The notes below the pieces were generated by a model. It saw only the letters and a list, made by a program, of their open reading frames with translations, did not search any database and had not been told where the DNA came from. Both the position numbers and the translations under genes were made by a program. 64,000 bases of DNA from Marsupella aquatica. Taxonomy: Eukaryota; Plantae; Marchantiophyta. The number at the start of each line of letters is the position of its first letter. Position 1 is the stretch's first letter. The stretch is taken from positions 7,712,234 to 7,776,233 of the forward strand of contig OZ316894.1 in NCBI GenBank assembly GCA_973895155.1, given 5' to 3'. Positions 12,857 to 24,800 of this stretch are shown one piece after another.

Positions 12857-13330
12857 GTTACCTCTCATTGTTCAGTTGTTTGTTCAGTTGTTTGTTCAGT
12901 TGTTGGTGTAAGTTCGTTACCTCTCATTGTTCAGTTGTCGTTGTAAGTTCGTTACCTCTCGTTGCGCTTTCTCCTTCTCGTACTCAGTCATTGGGAGCGC
13001 TCGTTTGATTCGTCAATTCGTTCGCAACTACAGTAGCTTAGGTTGAAGCATTTTGTTTCGCAGCGATTAGCTGCATTAATTGACACTCTGTCTGGTTGGT
13101 TTAAGTCGTTCGCAACTAGGTCGAAGCATCTCAAGCTAGCTCCCGTTGAGAAATCTTAGCAAGGTGAACACTATGTCTCGTTTGGTTGTAGATTTGGTTG
13201 AAAACTTTTGGTCAATGCTCAGCACAGAAATTTGAGCCTTACAAACGCTCTGTCCTTGCACGGGCTAGTCGAGCACTAGAAATTTGAGCTTTACAAACAC
13301 TCTGTCCGTGCACTGGCTTGTCGAGCATTC
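12857..13330 (+). repeat. Short tandem duplications upstream of the PPR gene
   Basis: GTTACCTCTC x3 with (TTGTTCAGTTGT)n at 12857-12963. A ~52-bp unit AGAAATTTGAGCYTTACAAAC..GTCGAGCA occurs twice at about 13226-13328. Confidence 0.8.
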
Positions 13331-13724
13331 AGAGATCTGTGAATTTCACGTTCTAAGATTTCTGCAATGATGGCTCCTGCAGTTCACTGTCTTGAACGTC
13401 GCTGCGGCCGTTGGGATTCCCAGTTCCTTCCCCTGCGATGTGCGATTTCTCCCGTTTTTGTTCGGGAGAGCTTCACTTCTCTCGGGAATTTTCTTCGTTT
13501 TGAGTGAGTCTAGTAAGGCAGAGAAGTAGGGCTGCCTCATGCGATTCCCGCTTTCCTTTGCCTGAGTGCCTGGCCAAGGATGCTGGAGCATGTTGTCAAG
13601 AATCGGAAGACAGTATGGTCTGCCTATTGTCTAGTGTGTGGGCATTGGCACGGACTGTTGCGTTAGTAGAGATCATCACGTTTGTGTGACTTGGAATGTC
13701 AGAGAAGGTCTGCACCTGTAGAAT

Positions 13725-16700
13725 ATGGGTTGCCTCCCGTCGTGGGCGAGGCGACAGATGAAGTTTGCGCTCAGAGCGTACGGCCGGCACGAATCATGCT
13801 CAACAGAGGTTTCTAGACCTGTCACTCTTAAAAATCCACGCGTAGGCTCATCGAATGCAGCTACATGGAATGTGCATGTTATTCTGTTGTGTCCAGTCTC
13901 ATACCACCGCAGGTATTTCAACGCTTTTCCTGGGAGTTTGGACGAGCAGAAATTCAAAGAACCGGTACCAAAGACTGTGTCTAGTGCGAGCAGTGGAGAG
14001 AATTTGGACGTTGGGGCAAAGAACTCATCTCGAAATGCTCAGGATCAGCAGCAACAGCAGCAGGAATTGGTACGGAGAGCTGAGTTGTTGAACTCAATTG
14101 TGCATCGTGGAGATTGGGGAGTACAGACTTTGCAAATGCTACAGGGGTTGAAATTAGATTTGACGACTGACGTCTCGATTGAGATGACGAGGAACCAGAA
14201 AGACGTCTCCTCGCATTTGCGATTTTTCAGATGGGCTGGTGAGCAGAAAAGATTCAAGGCTAAGCTTCACACCCACATGTCCATGTTCAAGGTACTTGCT
14301 GGCGTCGAAGATTTCGCAGAAGTAGCTCAAACACTGGGTGAGATGAGCAAAGTAGGGTGGAGAGTACCTCGTGCAACGTCTATGAAGCTACTCAAGAGCT
14401 ACGCACGAGCAAGAATCAATGCAGAGAGTTTGAAGGTCATAAACGAAGCAGTTTCTCGCAGACACAACCCTGATGATGCTGTGACTTGGAACTGTGTAAT
14501 CGATGTCCTTGTTAGAGCCAAGTGTTGTTTTTCTGCTCTGAGGCTATACCAGCAAATGATGCAGGTGGGCCGACGACCAGATTCCTACACTCTGAGTATT
14601 CTGGTGAATGGCTTTACCACGGCAGGTGAGATGGACCTGGCATTGAGGCTGCTTGAAATAATCCCTCGGACGGGGGTGAGTCCAAATGTTGTAACGTACA
14701 CGACACTCATTGCTACTCTTGGTAAAGCAGGCAAGATTTCGGCAGCTCTCAAACTATTCCAAGATATGAAAGCTATGGGTTGTAATCCAAATGCTTACAC
14801 ATATAGTGTATTAATAAATGCTCTTGGCCTAGAGGGCCACTGGGAGGAAGCTCTTCGTATGTTTTCTGAAATGCAGCGTACGACCTCTATAAAACCAGAT
14901 GTGCATGTACACAACAGCCTTATGCACGTGGTTGGAAGGGCCGGTAAAATTGATTTGGCGTACGCTCTGTTCAATGAGATGAAAGCAAAAGATATAAGCC
15001 CGAATGTGTCAACTTACAACATACTCCTGTATGCTCTTGGTAAGGCTGGTATGGTGAGTGAGGCTTGTGAGGTCTTTGAAGACATGAAGAAGAGACGTAT
15101 CGTGCCAGATGTGGTCACTTACAATACCCTCATCTCTGTCCTCGGAAAGGCGAGAGGAGGAACGGATATCCTGTGTAAGGAAGGCCGGATAGACGAGGCC
15201 CTCAAGTTGCTTCAGGAGATGACTAAAGAGGGCATCAAGCCTGACTTCATTACTTTCAAGATACTGATCTATTCTCTGAATAAAGTAGATGATTTGGCGT
15301 ACGCTCTGTTCAGTGAGATGAAAGCAAACGATATTAGCCCAAATGTATCAACTTACAACATACTCCTGTATGCCCTTGGTAAGGCTGGTATGGTGAGTGA
15401 GGCTTGCGAGGTCTTTGAAGACATGAAGAAGAGACTTGTTGTGCCAGATGTGGTCACTTACAATACCCTCATCTCTGTCCTTGGAAAGGTGAGAGGAGGA
15501 ATGGATATCCTGGGTAAAGAAGGCCGGGTAGACGAGGCCCTCAAGTTGCTTCAGGAGATGACTAGTGAGGGCATTAAGCCTGACTTCTTTACTTTCAAGA
15601 TGCTGATTTATTCTCTGAATAAAGTAGATGACGCTTACAAGCTCTTCGAAGGTCTTACTAGGAGTGGAATTTCTCCCGATGCACGTACATTAGAGATTCT
15701 CATTGACGGCCTGGTAAAGGCATGCAGACTGGAGGATGCGTTTCGGCTCTTTGGTGAATTGAAGTGGAGAGGAGACACTCCAGGTGTTGCCACTTACAGT
15801 ATGCTTATTGACGCCCTCAGGAAAGCAGGGGATGCCAGAGAAGCTCTGAAATTGTTCCAGGAGATGTACAACAGTGGCTGTGTATTAGACGTAGTAGCAT
15901 ATAATATTGGCATAGATATTTTAGGGAAGGCTGGCGACGTAGTAGGCGCCTACAAGCTCTTTGAGGAAATGAAAGTTAAAAGTCATTCTCCAAGCACTGT
16001 TTCATACAGTGCACTAATGGATTGCCTAGGAAAAGCGGGAAAGATAGACGAAGCCTACGCTGTCTATAAAGAAATGAGTGCAAGTGGATGTAAGATGGAT
16101 GTGGTGACTTATACCATCGTTATCGACATGTTAGGGAAATCCGGTAAGATACATGAGGGAGTCCAGCTGTACTATGAGATGATACAGGGAGGATATACAC
16201 CCGATGTTGTTATTTACAGTGTACTTATTGATGGTCTGGCCAAGGCTGATAGGATAGATGAAGCCTACGAGCTTTTCATGGATATGCTAACTAAGGGTTG
16301 TGAGCCCAATGTAGTTACATTCAATTCCTTGATCAATGGGCTCTGCAAGGCTGGGAGGGCAAATATTGCCCTTAAACACTTCGAAGACATGGAGACATTG
16401 GGTGTCACTCGGAATCTCCTCGTATACAATACTTTGATCGATGGTTTGGGAAAGTCTGGGAAGGTGAAGGAAGCCTGCGTTCTGTTTGGTGAAATGGAAG
16501 GAAACGGATTTCCTCCGAATGTTGAAACATACAATATTCTGATCAATGGCTTGGGTAGTGTGGGTGAAGTAATTGAGGCCTGGAATCTCTTCGAAGAGAT
16601 GGAAGCAAAGGGTTTATCACCTGACGTGATCACATTTACAACACTCATACACAACTTAGGACAGGCAGGTGAAGAAGGCGCAGCCTACAAGATTTTACAG

Positions 16701-16904
16701 GTTATGGAGGAAAAGGGTTGTTCTCCGAATATTGTCACATATAATGCTTTGATCAATGCTCTAGGAAAGGCCGGGAAGTTAAAAGACGCTTACAAGATAC
16801 TAGACGAAATGAGGAATAAAGGTTTTTCACCAGATGATATTACCGTGACGACGTTTCGCGTTTTCCTCAGGAGTAGACAAAAATGGGGTGTATGGTCTCT
16901 CTGA
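13725..16904 (+). CDS. P-class pentatricopeptide repeat protein, intronless, 1059 aa
   Basis: About 20 tandem 35-aa motifs (e.g. VTYTTLIATLGKAGKISAALKLFQDMKAMGCNPNA) preceded by the typical LRFFRWA segment. No E or DYW domain is visible. The N-terminal extension may be a transit peptide, and the start codon is uncertain. Confidence 0.95.
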   Translation: MGCLPSWARRQMKFALRAYGRHESCSTEVSRPVTLKNPRVGSSNAATWNVHVILLCPVSYHRRYFNAFPGSLDEQKFKEPVPKTVSSASSGENLDVGAKNSSRNAQDQQQQQQELVRRAELLNSIVHRGDWGVQTLQMLQGLKLDLTTDVSIEMTRNQKDVSSHLRFFRWAGEQKRFKAKLHTHMSMFKVLAGVEDFAEVAQTLGEMSKVGWRVPRATSMKLLKSYARARINAESLKVINEAVSRRHNPDDAVTWNCVIDVLVRAKCCFSALRLYQQMMQVGRRPDSYTLSILVNGFTTAGEMDLALRLLEIIPRTGVSPNVVTYTTLIATLGKAGKISAALKLFQDMKAMGCNPNAYTYSVLINALGLEGHWEEALRMFSEMQRTTSIKPDVHVHNSLMHVVGRAGKIDLAYALFNEMKAKDISPNVSTYNILLYALGKAGMVSEACEVFEDMKKRRIVPDVVTYNTLISVLGKARGGTDILCKEGRIDEALKLLQEMTKEGIKPDFITFKILIYSLNKVDDLAYALFSEMKANDISPNVSTYNILLYALGKAGMVSEACEVFEDMKKRLVVPDVVTYNTLISVLGKVRGGMDILGKEGRVDEALKLLQEMTSEGIKPDFFTFKMLIYSLNKVDDAYKLFEGLTRSGISPDARTLEILIDGLVKACRLEDAFRLFGELKWRGDTPGVATYSMLIDALRKAGDAREALKLFQEMYNSGCVLDVVAYNIGIDILGKAGDVVGAYKLFEEMKVKSHSPSTVSYSALMDCLGKAGKIDEAYAVYKEMSASGCKMDVVTYTIVIDMLGKSGKIHEGVQLYYEMIQGGYTPDVVIYSVLIDGLAKADRIDEAYELFMDMLTKGCEPNVVTFNSLINGLCKAGRANIALKHFEDMETLGVTRNLLVYNTLIDGLGKSGKVKEACVLFGEMEGNGFPPNVETYNILINGLGSVGEVIEAWNLFEEMEAKGLSPDVITFTTLIHNLGQAGEEGAAYKILQVMEEKGCSPNIVTYNALINALGKAGKLKDAYKILDEMRNKGFSPDDITVTTFRVFLRSRQKWGVWSL
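14952..15629 (+). repeat. In-frame tandem duplication of 339 bp (113 aa) within the PPR gene
   Basis: 14952-15290 and 15291-15629 both start GATTTGGCGTACGCTCTGTTC and encode DLAYALF..YSLNKVD with few substitutions. Confidence 0.97.
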
Positions 16905-19739
16905 GAGATCTCTGCAGATACCCATCACAATCACCTTGTCCAAGCCATTATATTGGCCAAATTACATGCACCTATCGAGTAAATGCCTTTAAAGTGGTGC
17001 AGGCACGAATAGGAAGGTATATCTGAACTTCATTGTTCTACTTTATTTTGGACCGTTGTATACAAGGGCCCGGGTTGCGGTGAGGTGGGTCGCCCGTAGT
17101 GACAAATGTCTGCTTAGGTCAATGAGATGTACATTCTTTTGGAGGTCATTTCGTCATAGCCTTACTTCTTTTATATTTGCTCGATAGTCTCCAGGGATCT
17201 TTCATCCCCATAAAGCTGTTTTTTCCAAGCCCTTGTGAATAATCCTATTTGACAACTTGCAGAATTATGAGTTTGTCGGAGGTTGCAGGTATCTGGGATG
17301 AAACAATAGTAGAGACAACTGATTCCTTGAGCTTTGACAACTTTACCTGCCGCAGGCTCACAAGTATATCTCGTCCCTGTGATGGATTGGAGAAAAAAGC
17401 CTGCTTGAATCTCACGCAGCATCTCAAGCCGAAGGAAATAGATTATCTGGTGGTGAGTGATGTAAGAGACCCCATGTTTGCTAAGGATAACCATCTCTGA
17501 CAAATATCGCTTGATGCATTCTTTGTGCTCCCTTTGTGCTCATAATTCTCGGTGGCGCTCGGCAGTTCTCTTTCTGATTTGAATTTTAGAGTTACCTGTG
17601 GATCGACAGAAGTTGCTATAAATGTAGCTTTAGTTGCGTTCGGTGAGTAAGTATCTTCTTGCAAACAAACTCTAATTGTGGTATATTTTCTTAATCGTCA
17701 AAGCAGCGGCAAGATGCGGGGACATGGTGTTTTGAATGTGACCTGTGAAGCCGGTTTGGAGCTATATCAGAAATGGGTAGTAATTCTGGAATTCATTATG
17801 CAGCCCTTGGATCAGGAAATCCATTTCATCTGACAGTTATTCCAATTTATCCGTCTTAAAGCTTTTCCGAGGCTTCTGAAAAGGGACGTTCCATCCTCTT
17901 GGGACATCAAATTTTTTGGGTTGCGTTCAATCATTGTGGAAAACAAGAAGCGAGTGCTAACATCCGCTAAGCTTCGTCAATCTTGTAACCATTTCAAACA
18001 ACTGTACAACGCCTAAAACGACGTGGGACTTCCTCAGACTCTCGAATAAGTTTTGGTATGTGCGGCGTGCTGCCTGTAGTCCCAAGGAGTACGAATTAAT
18101 CCTTTACTTAATTAAATGAGCTTTGTTGTTTGGTCAAATTCACTATTGCTGAGCAGTGAGTGGGGGCTGACGTCATTTTTCAATAAGGAATACGGATGTT
18201 ATTCTTTCTTGACTAAATAAGCACGTGGTGTTCGATCAAATTTACGTTGCTTTACCACATTATCACTTTCGTGGCTCAAATTTTCCAGTCTGGTCGGGTT
18301 GAGAGCTTCGGGATGATGTTCGTTTCCCCTTCATTTCAGAACGGAATGCGTTAGAAAAGTCAACTCTCCACGAGTCTTGAGTGAACTTTTTGTTGTCTAT
18401 CTTAAAATATTAGCACGGAGTTTGTGGTTTTAGTTGCTTCTCAACTTGTCATTTTCCCTCTTTCATACATGTTATTGAGTTCCATGTTAACTGCTCTTGT
18501 CAATTTTGAAGTCTCGTTGAATTGATGATACTTTGGGCTATTTTTCATCCAAGTTCTTTCTCAAGATGCTCTTGTCAATTTTGCAACGTTGTTGAACTGA
18601 TGGATACTATTGGCTCATTGATAAAGTCACTCTGTCGCATTTGTATTGTTACCTGTCCCTACGTCCTGGTGATGCGAACAGTCAGGCGGTACGCTGCGTA
18701 GATGCTGCTGTGTAGATGCCAACACTAAGGCGGTGCGCTGCTGTGTACCTACACGCAGGGCCAGTGACCATGTGCATAGCTCTGAAATCTTCGTTATAAT
18801 TTGTGATCAAACTCTGGTTCATGGCCTACCCCACACACTGAAAGCCTTAATTTCTCTGGAAACATTTTTTTGTGGATATTTAGACGCTTATAAATATTTA
18901 GACTAAGTTACATCTTGGGTTAGGACAATGAGTGGACCACAGAACATGACACATTGCCCTCTTGATCCGCCCGAAGATGATGGATCATTCCAATGAAGGG
19001 GTGTGGCGACAGACATGCTCATAATAAGCAGGCAAGAGCTCTGGCAGGACATTGCAAGTTGTAGTCATGGCCCATACCTTGGCTTTGAACCGCCAGCCAG
19101 GTGGATTGCTTTGGGAGCTCTGAATGGAGGTGTATCATTATGATTCTGGATGACACGAATTTAGAAGTGCAGAATTCTGTGCACAGGGCATGTAATAGGT
19201 TTGGCAAGAAGAATAAGTTCAGGTGGTTTCCTTTTGGACAAGTTAGTGAAACCTGTACATATAAGTGTTGTAATCGCTAGTACCAGCCCTAATACTCGAG
19301 GCGGATGAGCATTGTAACTTCTAGGTACTTAACACCTGTGTGCACAGGACGAGCCATAAACTCCCCTGCCTATCCCTACACAAAAAGCAATGCAGCAGGG
19401 CAGTAACATAGATCCAAGGACACAACCAAACAGAATCTTCCATCTCATTCAACTGAGCTCTGACTTCGCCCAAAGCAAACCAATGGGGATTTTAAGACTG
19501 ATGCAATGTTCACTTACTCACCTACTCGTAGCAACACTTGCATGAAAGTCCTCTTTATCTTCGTGCCCACAAGTGGTCTTGTAAGCTGTCACAATGTGTG
19601 GTGCGTTTTTGTAGCAAGAGTCTCCAATAAAATACTGTCCACAGTCAAAACAAGTGTCGTCCCCAAGAAAAGAACCTTCCTAGAAGGGTCCTCTTTAGGC
19701 AATGGTCTCAATGGTCCTCTTTAGGCACCAGCCAGTCAA

Positions 19740-19972
19740 TTCTTGGAATGTAAATAGAAACCATGACAACAAATTCTTGGAATGTAAATAGAAACATGAC
19801 AAAAAAAGTTTTGGAATGTAAATAAAAATCATGACAAAAAACATGCATGATCACCATTTGACATACATTATATTCAAAAGTCTTCATGAATATTTTTATC
19901 CATACTTGGAATGTAAATAGAAATTATGACAAAAAGCATGCATGATCATCATTTGATATACATTATATTCAT
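19740..19972 (+). repeat. Degenerate tandem repeats
   Basis: TTGGAATGTAAATAGAAA..ATGACAA occurs four times. The last two copies share an extension CATGCATGATCAYCATTTGAYATACATTATATTCA. Confidence 0.8.
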
Positions 19973-21012
19973 GAGTATTTATATCCATATGGTGTTTTGG
20001 TCAAAAGGCTTCACTCTATAAACATTAACCCTATCTTGGGGTTCACCCTTTATAATTAAGATGTGATACTTGATAGAGAGCGTGACATTCTTGTAAACAT
20101 AGAAGGCAATGTCAAATATCCAAAATTGTGTCACCAAAGTACAATACTCAAGAAAATGGTTGGAAATAATAGATCCTACTGCATAGAGGAAAGTAATCTT
20201 ACTCTTGTGGTTGCACACCACCTGTGTGTTAATAGAGTACTATGACTTCCTGTCAAAGTAACATTCCTGCTGGTTTTATGGCTGTCCCGTCAATCAGGCC
20301 TACTCCCTGAAAGCCACGACTGGCAAATTTGTTGGACTCTATTCTATCAGGGCACACTAGTAACCCACTCTGAGGCAGAATCACATCTGACAGTGTAAAT
20401 GATACTTGAGCTGACATTAACACCCCACAACAACGAAGACCACTTTAAACAAATGTTATTCCCAATGTGACCCAACCTGTCTAAGCAGGTGACCAATCAA
20501 AGGGAAACAGGGGCGTGCTCATGCCAAGAGTTGTTGAAAAAACTGGACACACAAAAATATCAGCCTTATCTATCCTGCAGATTTGTCAGAAGAAGGACTA
20601 GGCAGTATGGTCCTGAAGAGGGTGTCAGCAAATTATTTTTGCTCTTCCATATTTGAAAATGAATAATTTTCTGGTGATTTTTGAAATGAACACTAATCAA
20701 TGTTTTGCGCAAGACTTGGGATGGCTCTCTATGTGAAATAAATCCCTGAGGGCCTTTAATAAAACTAATAAATGTGTTGCGCAGGACTTGAAACAGCTCT
20801 CTATGTAAAATAAAGGTGGGATGGACCTACTTTGTAAGGTAAAAGTTGAACATCAGAGAACATTCTTAAAGTTAAGACCATGAACTTATTTTGAGGTTAG
20901 AACCCGAAAATATCTTGTAAGTGGGGGTCTAAAATTATAATAATAACTTATCACTGAATTTAAGGTTCTTTATTAATTCCAAGGAAGGCTCTTTATTAAT
21001 TGCGCAAATCTT

Positions 21013-21142
21013 GATGGCACTACCTGGAATTTGATGCTAGGACGGACCACAATGTGTAATTGTAACCTTGCAACTACAACAAATTTGGATGGCACTAACT
21101 GGAATTTGATGTTAGGACAGACCACAATGTGTAATTGTAACC
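21013..21142 (+). repeat. Direct duplication, 75-bp period, in the SDA1 upstream region
   Basis: GATGGCACTAMCTGGAATTTGATGYTAGGACRGACCACAATGTGTAATTGTAACC at 21013 and 21088. Confidence 0.85.
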
Positions 21143-21440
21143 ATCCAACTAGAACGAACTTAGCATCTTTTGAGACCCCAAGTATCACCCTCATGTAAAG
21201 TGCCACCCTCCATGAAATATGCATTACAGTGCCAAAGGACAACAACTCAAAACTGGGTCCCAAATTTAAAGCAACCCAACAAAGGGACCCCACAAAGAGG
21301 GAAGGGGAAAGGCCCCAAGAACAAAGGGGGAAGGGAAAAGGCCCCAAGAAGACCAAAGGGGCCCTAAAAAAAGCCAACGAGTCCCCCACAGCAAAAGGGA
21401 ATAACAAGTAAAGTGCCATCCTCCATGAAATAGGGTTGAG

Positions 21441-21449
21441 TTAGGGTTT
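21441..21449 (-). promoter_or_regulatory. Telo-box (AAACCCTAA) upstream of SDA1
   Basis: TTAGGGTTT on the + strand, just before a probable 5'UTR intron (GTAAG at 21514, CAG at 21811). Telo-boxes are typical of plant ribosome-biogenesis gene promoters. Confidence 0.55.
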
Positions 21450-21816
21450 TGTGAGAAGACGGAAACACAGCTACACTACAGATGCAAACCTCATCGAAAC
21501 GTCGAGGACAGTGGTAAGTTGCGAGACCTGCGTTCCGCAAGGACGCGAATGCCACCATCTCGAACAGGAATTACAGTGGTCTATGCCACAATTCATAATT
21601 TGTGAGCTTGCTTAGTTGACACATTGCTCAGAGACAGAAGATACCGTGGGCGATCGCACTCAACTACTCCCCGCAAGCATTTTTTTTCCGGCAGTTTAGG
21701 GAGTGCTGTGAAGGACCGGAGCCAGGAGGCTGGAAGAGATGGTAGTTGATGTGCTTGAATTGAAGGCAGGTGTTTAGGCTCTGACCTCGCGCTAGGCTTG
21801 GTGTGCAACAGGTGAA

Positions 21817-24800
21817 ATGGGGGGAATCACTGCAGCCTCAGGAGGGCGGAATGTGGAGTCCGGAGACCTTCTGTCGTTGCAGGCGCGCATGAAGAAAGAC
21901 CCGTCTGGCTATGAACAGGAGCTTATTTTGCAGCTTCGTCACTTCGATGCTTGTGTGTCAATCTTGTTACTGAAGTCGTCTTCGTCAATTCAATCCTTGA
22001 GCGGTCCGTCCTCTACAACAGGAGATGCGGGAGCTGCAAAGGAAGTTGCGGACGTTGCCATGTTCTTAGCTCATATGTCCCCGTTCTATCCTCAGTATTT
22101 GAAGGACCTCCCTCAGAAACTGTTGCAGGTTCTCAACCTCCATTCTTCACTTCCCCAAACACTCCGTCGTAGTCTTACCCAGGCTGTTATACTCACCCGC
22201 AACAGGAAGGTACGAATCTGCCCTACGATTTGGGTTCTCGTGGTTCTCAGTCTAACATTTGTATCGCTCTTGCAAGTTTGAAATGAAGCTGCTATGCCCA
22301 CTTTAATTTTTTGTGCTTAAATTGTACCCTCCACACTACAACAATTCGCATTTTGGACTTTGGTGGGTTTGTGTGACCTGAGATTTGGTGGGCTGGAACG
22401 CAGTTGGTAGACCTGGTGGATGTATTGCCTGTTTTGATGGATCTTCAATGCTCTGGAGACCGTGTGGTGCGAAAGCTTGCATTTCTGCATATTGTTCATG
22501 ACATCAGGCGTATGAATCTCAAGCACAAGAATGAACCTGTCAATAGAAAACTTCAAACTGTCCTTTTCAACCTTGTACAAGTACGTGCCCCTTCTCTTCT
22601 AGTCTCTAGCCCTTACTCTGATTTTCATTGTTGGGCATGGGTGTTTCGCATCGATTTTAACTGCTTGTAACCGTAGTGAACGTTCACACGTTGCGCAATT
22701 AAATCAGAACTTTGATTGGACTGAATCTGTGCAAAACTGCCTCGTGATCAATCAATGTCTTAATTACAGGGTGATGATGAGGTGAAATCCAAGAGGGCTT
22801 TGATAGTTTTAGCAGAGCTCTATCGCAGGAAGGTGTGGACAGACGAGCGTACAGCTAATATTATCTGTACCGCTTGTTTGCATAAGTCCTCCAGGTTGGA
22901 TTTCCTCGTTCTGTTGTTTTACACTTCCTGTTTGTAGACTTTGTGCAGAACCACAATCTCGTCAAGAATCTCATTGTAAGATTGTCCAGGGTGACATTTT
23001 TTCTATCCAAGACAAGGATCGATGACAGGAAATGACATATCTTATGTCTTCTGTAGGATCATGATTGCATCATTGCGATTCCTATTGGGCTACGATCAGC
23101 AGAAAGACGAGGAAGACGGCGAAGAGTCTGACAGTGATGCGGAGGAAGAAAGTGGCAAACCTTCTGTGACTGTCAACCGAGAAGCTATTTACAAGGTTGA
23201 TGGCAATTTCTTCTTTCGTTATTGGCTGAATGTGCTCTGTTTCCCGCACATGGATTTTCTGTCATGTATTTTGGTACTGGGATAAATGTACAAGGCATAT
23301 TACCCCTAGACTGTCTAGAGTCAACAACGTTTACTGGAGCATCACCAGATGGGCGTTTTTCGAAACGAAGCCAAGAAAATATTTTGGGTTTTGAAAAGCA
23401 TCTTTAACTGCAGGCATACCATAAGGGGACAGTAGCAAGTAAGAAGAAGAAGCAAAATAAGCTTCAAAGAGCTATTCGGAGTATGCAAAAGCAGCAGCGT
23501 GCTGAGTCACGCGAGATGGAACAAGGTAGTCATGCGCCGCTACAGCATGTCGTTGACCCCCAAGTGCGTTACCCGATGCTCCTGCTATTTCCCGTTTCCT
23601 TCATCGTTGTTAGTCCTTCAATGTCTATGTGGTAGTCGTTAGAGCAATGTTAGCCAGAATCAGTGCTAAGTTATGTAGGGTTGGCTGAAGCTTTCCTTAA
23701 ATTATGCCCTGGGGACTCATGTTGCCATTGAAGCGAAAGTTTTCCTTACGATTTGGAAACGAGTGTCTGATGGTCCGCGGAACGGAGAACTTTGTGTTGA
23801 TCATTGAACGCCTTCGCCAACGTTCTCAATCTACTTCGTCTACTGTAGAGGTTTTCTGGCAATTTCTAAGAAGTTTCTGCTGCAGAGTTTTGCAGAGAAA
23901 CTCTTTGCACGCCTCAGGTCTTGTAATGAGCGATTTGAGGTACGCTTTTTACCTATCTTTCGTGGTTATGTTTTCCCCAGTGCGGTAGATTTCTCTTGTG
24001 AAGTAGAGTCGTTAGAACCAGTACTCAGTATCTTCATTTGAAGTCTCTCTGATAATTTTTCGAAGTTATATTTTGTCTTTGGTTTAGGTGTTTAGTAATT
24101 ACAAGATTTCCTAGGGGATGTCTGATCTTGTTTCTGATTGAGATACTGGAAACTCGCAGGTCAAGCTGATGATGATGCAAGTAATATCTAGAGTAGTTGG
24201 TATACATCGGTTGATGCTGCTCAATTTCTACCCATTTCTACAGAAATACATAGAGGTAACTATTCAAGCCCTCTATTGTCTAATCTTGTGTATACATTAA
24301 TCCTACATGATGCAGCAGTGCAAATACAGGATTGACCCAACGTTATTAAGTTATTGTCTTCATTCATCGTTCTTCTCTCTTACAAATCTTCCACGCTGAC
24401 CTTGCAGCCTCACCAACGGGATGTTACACATGTACTTGCTGCAGCTGTTCAAGCATGTCACGACCTGGTTGGGCCCTACTGCCGTCGCAGCCCCATTTAG
24501 AGTCCCGTTTAGAGTTTTTATCCGTTGTTGTCTTGTTTTGTTTTGTTTTGTTTTGTTTTGTTTTGTTTTGTTTTGTTTTGTTTTGTTTTGTTTTGTTTTG
24601 ATTGTGTCTGTGTGGGCTTCCGTGGCGCCTCCTTTTTCATGTCTTGTTATTCCTGTTTAAAATGAGTTACTCGATTGTGCTTGGATCTAAATGAATGTCA
24701 TGGGCGTTTGCAAATTTTTAGTACATTAGCAAGAGCAGGACAGATCTCGGATTACGAGTTCCTGCAGTTTAGTGCTTTCCGGGTATAAGTATACTAGCGT

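Noticed and set aside
17249-17500. 83-aa ORF after the PPR gene as an extra exon or editing domain
   Set aside because: No E/DYW or SMR motif, and the PPR ORF has its own stop. A CAG acceptor exists, but no convincing donor was found.
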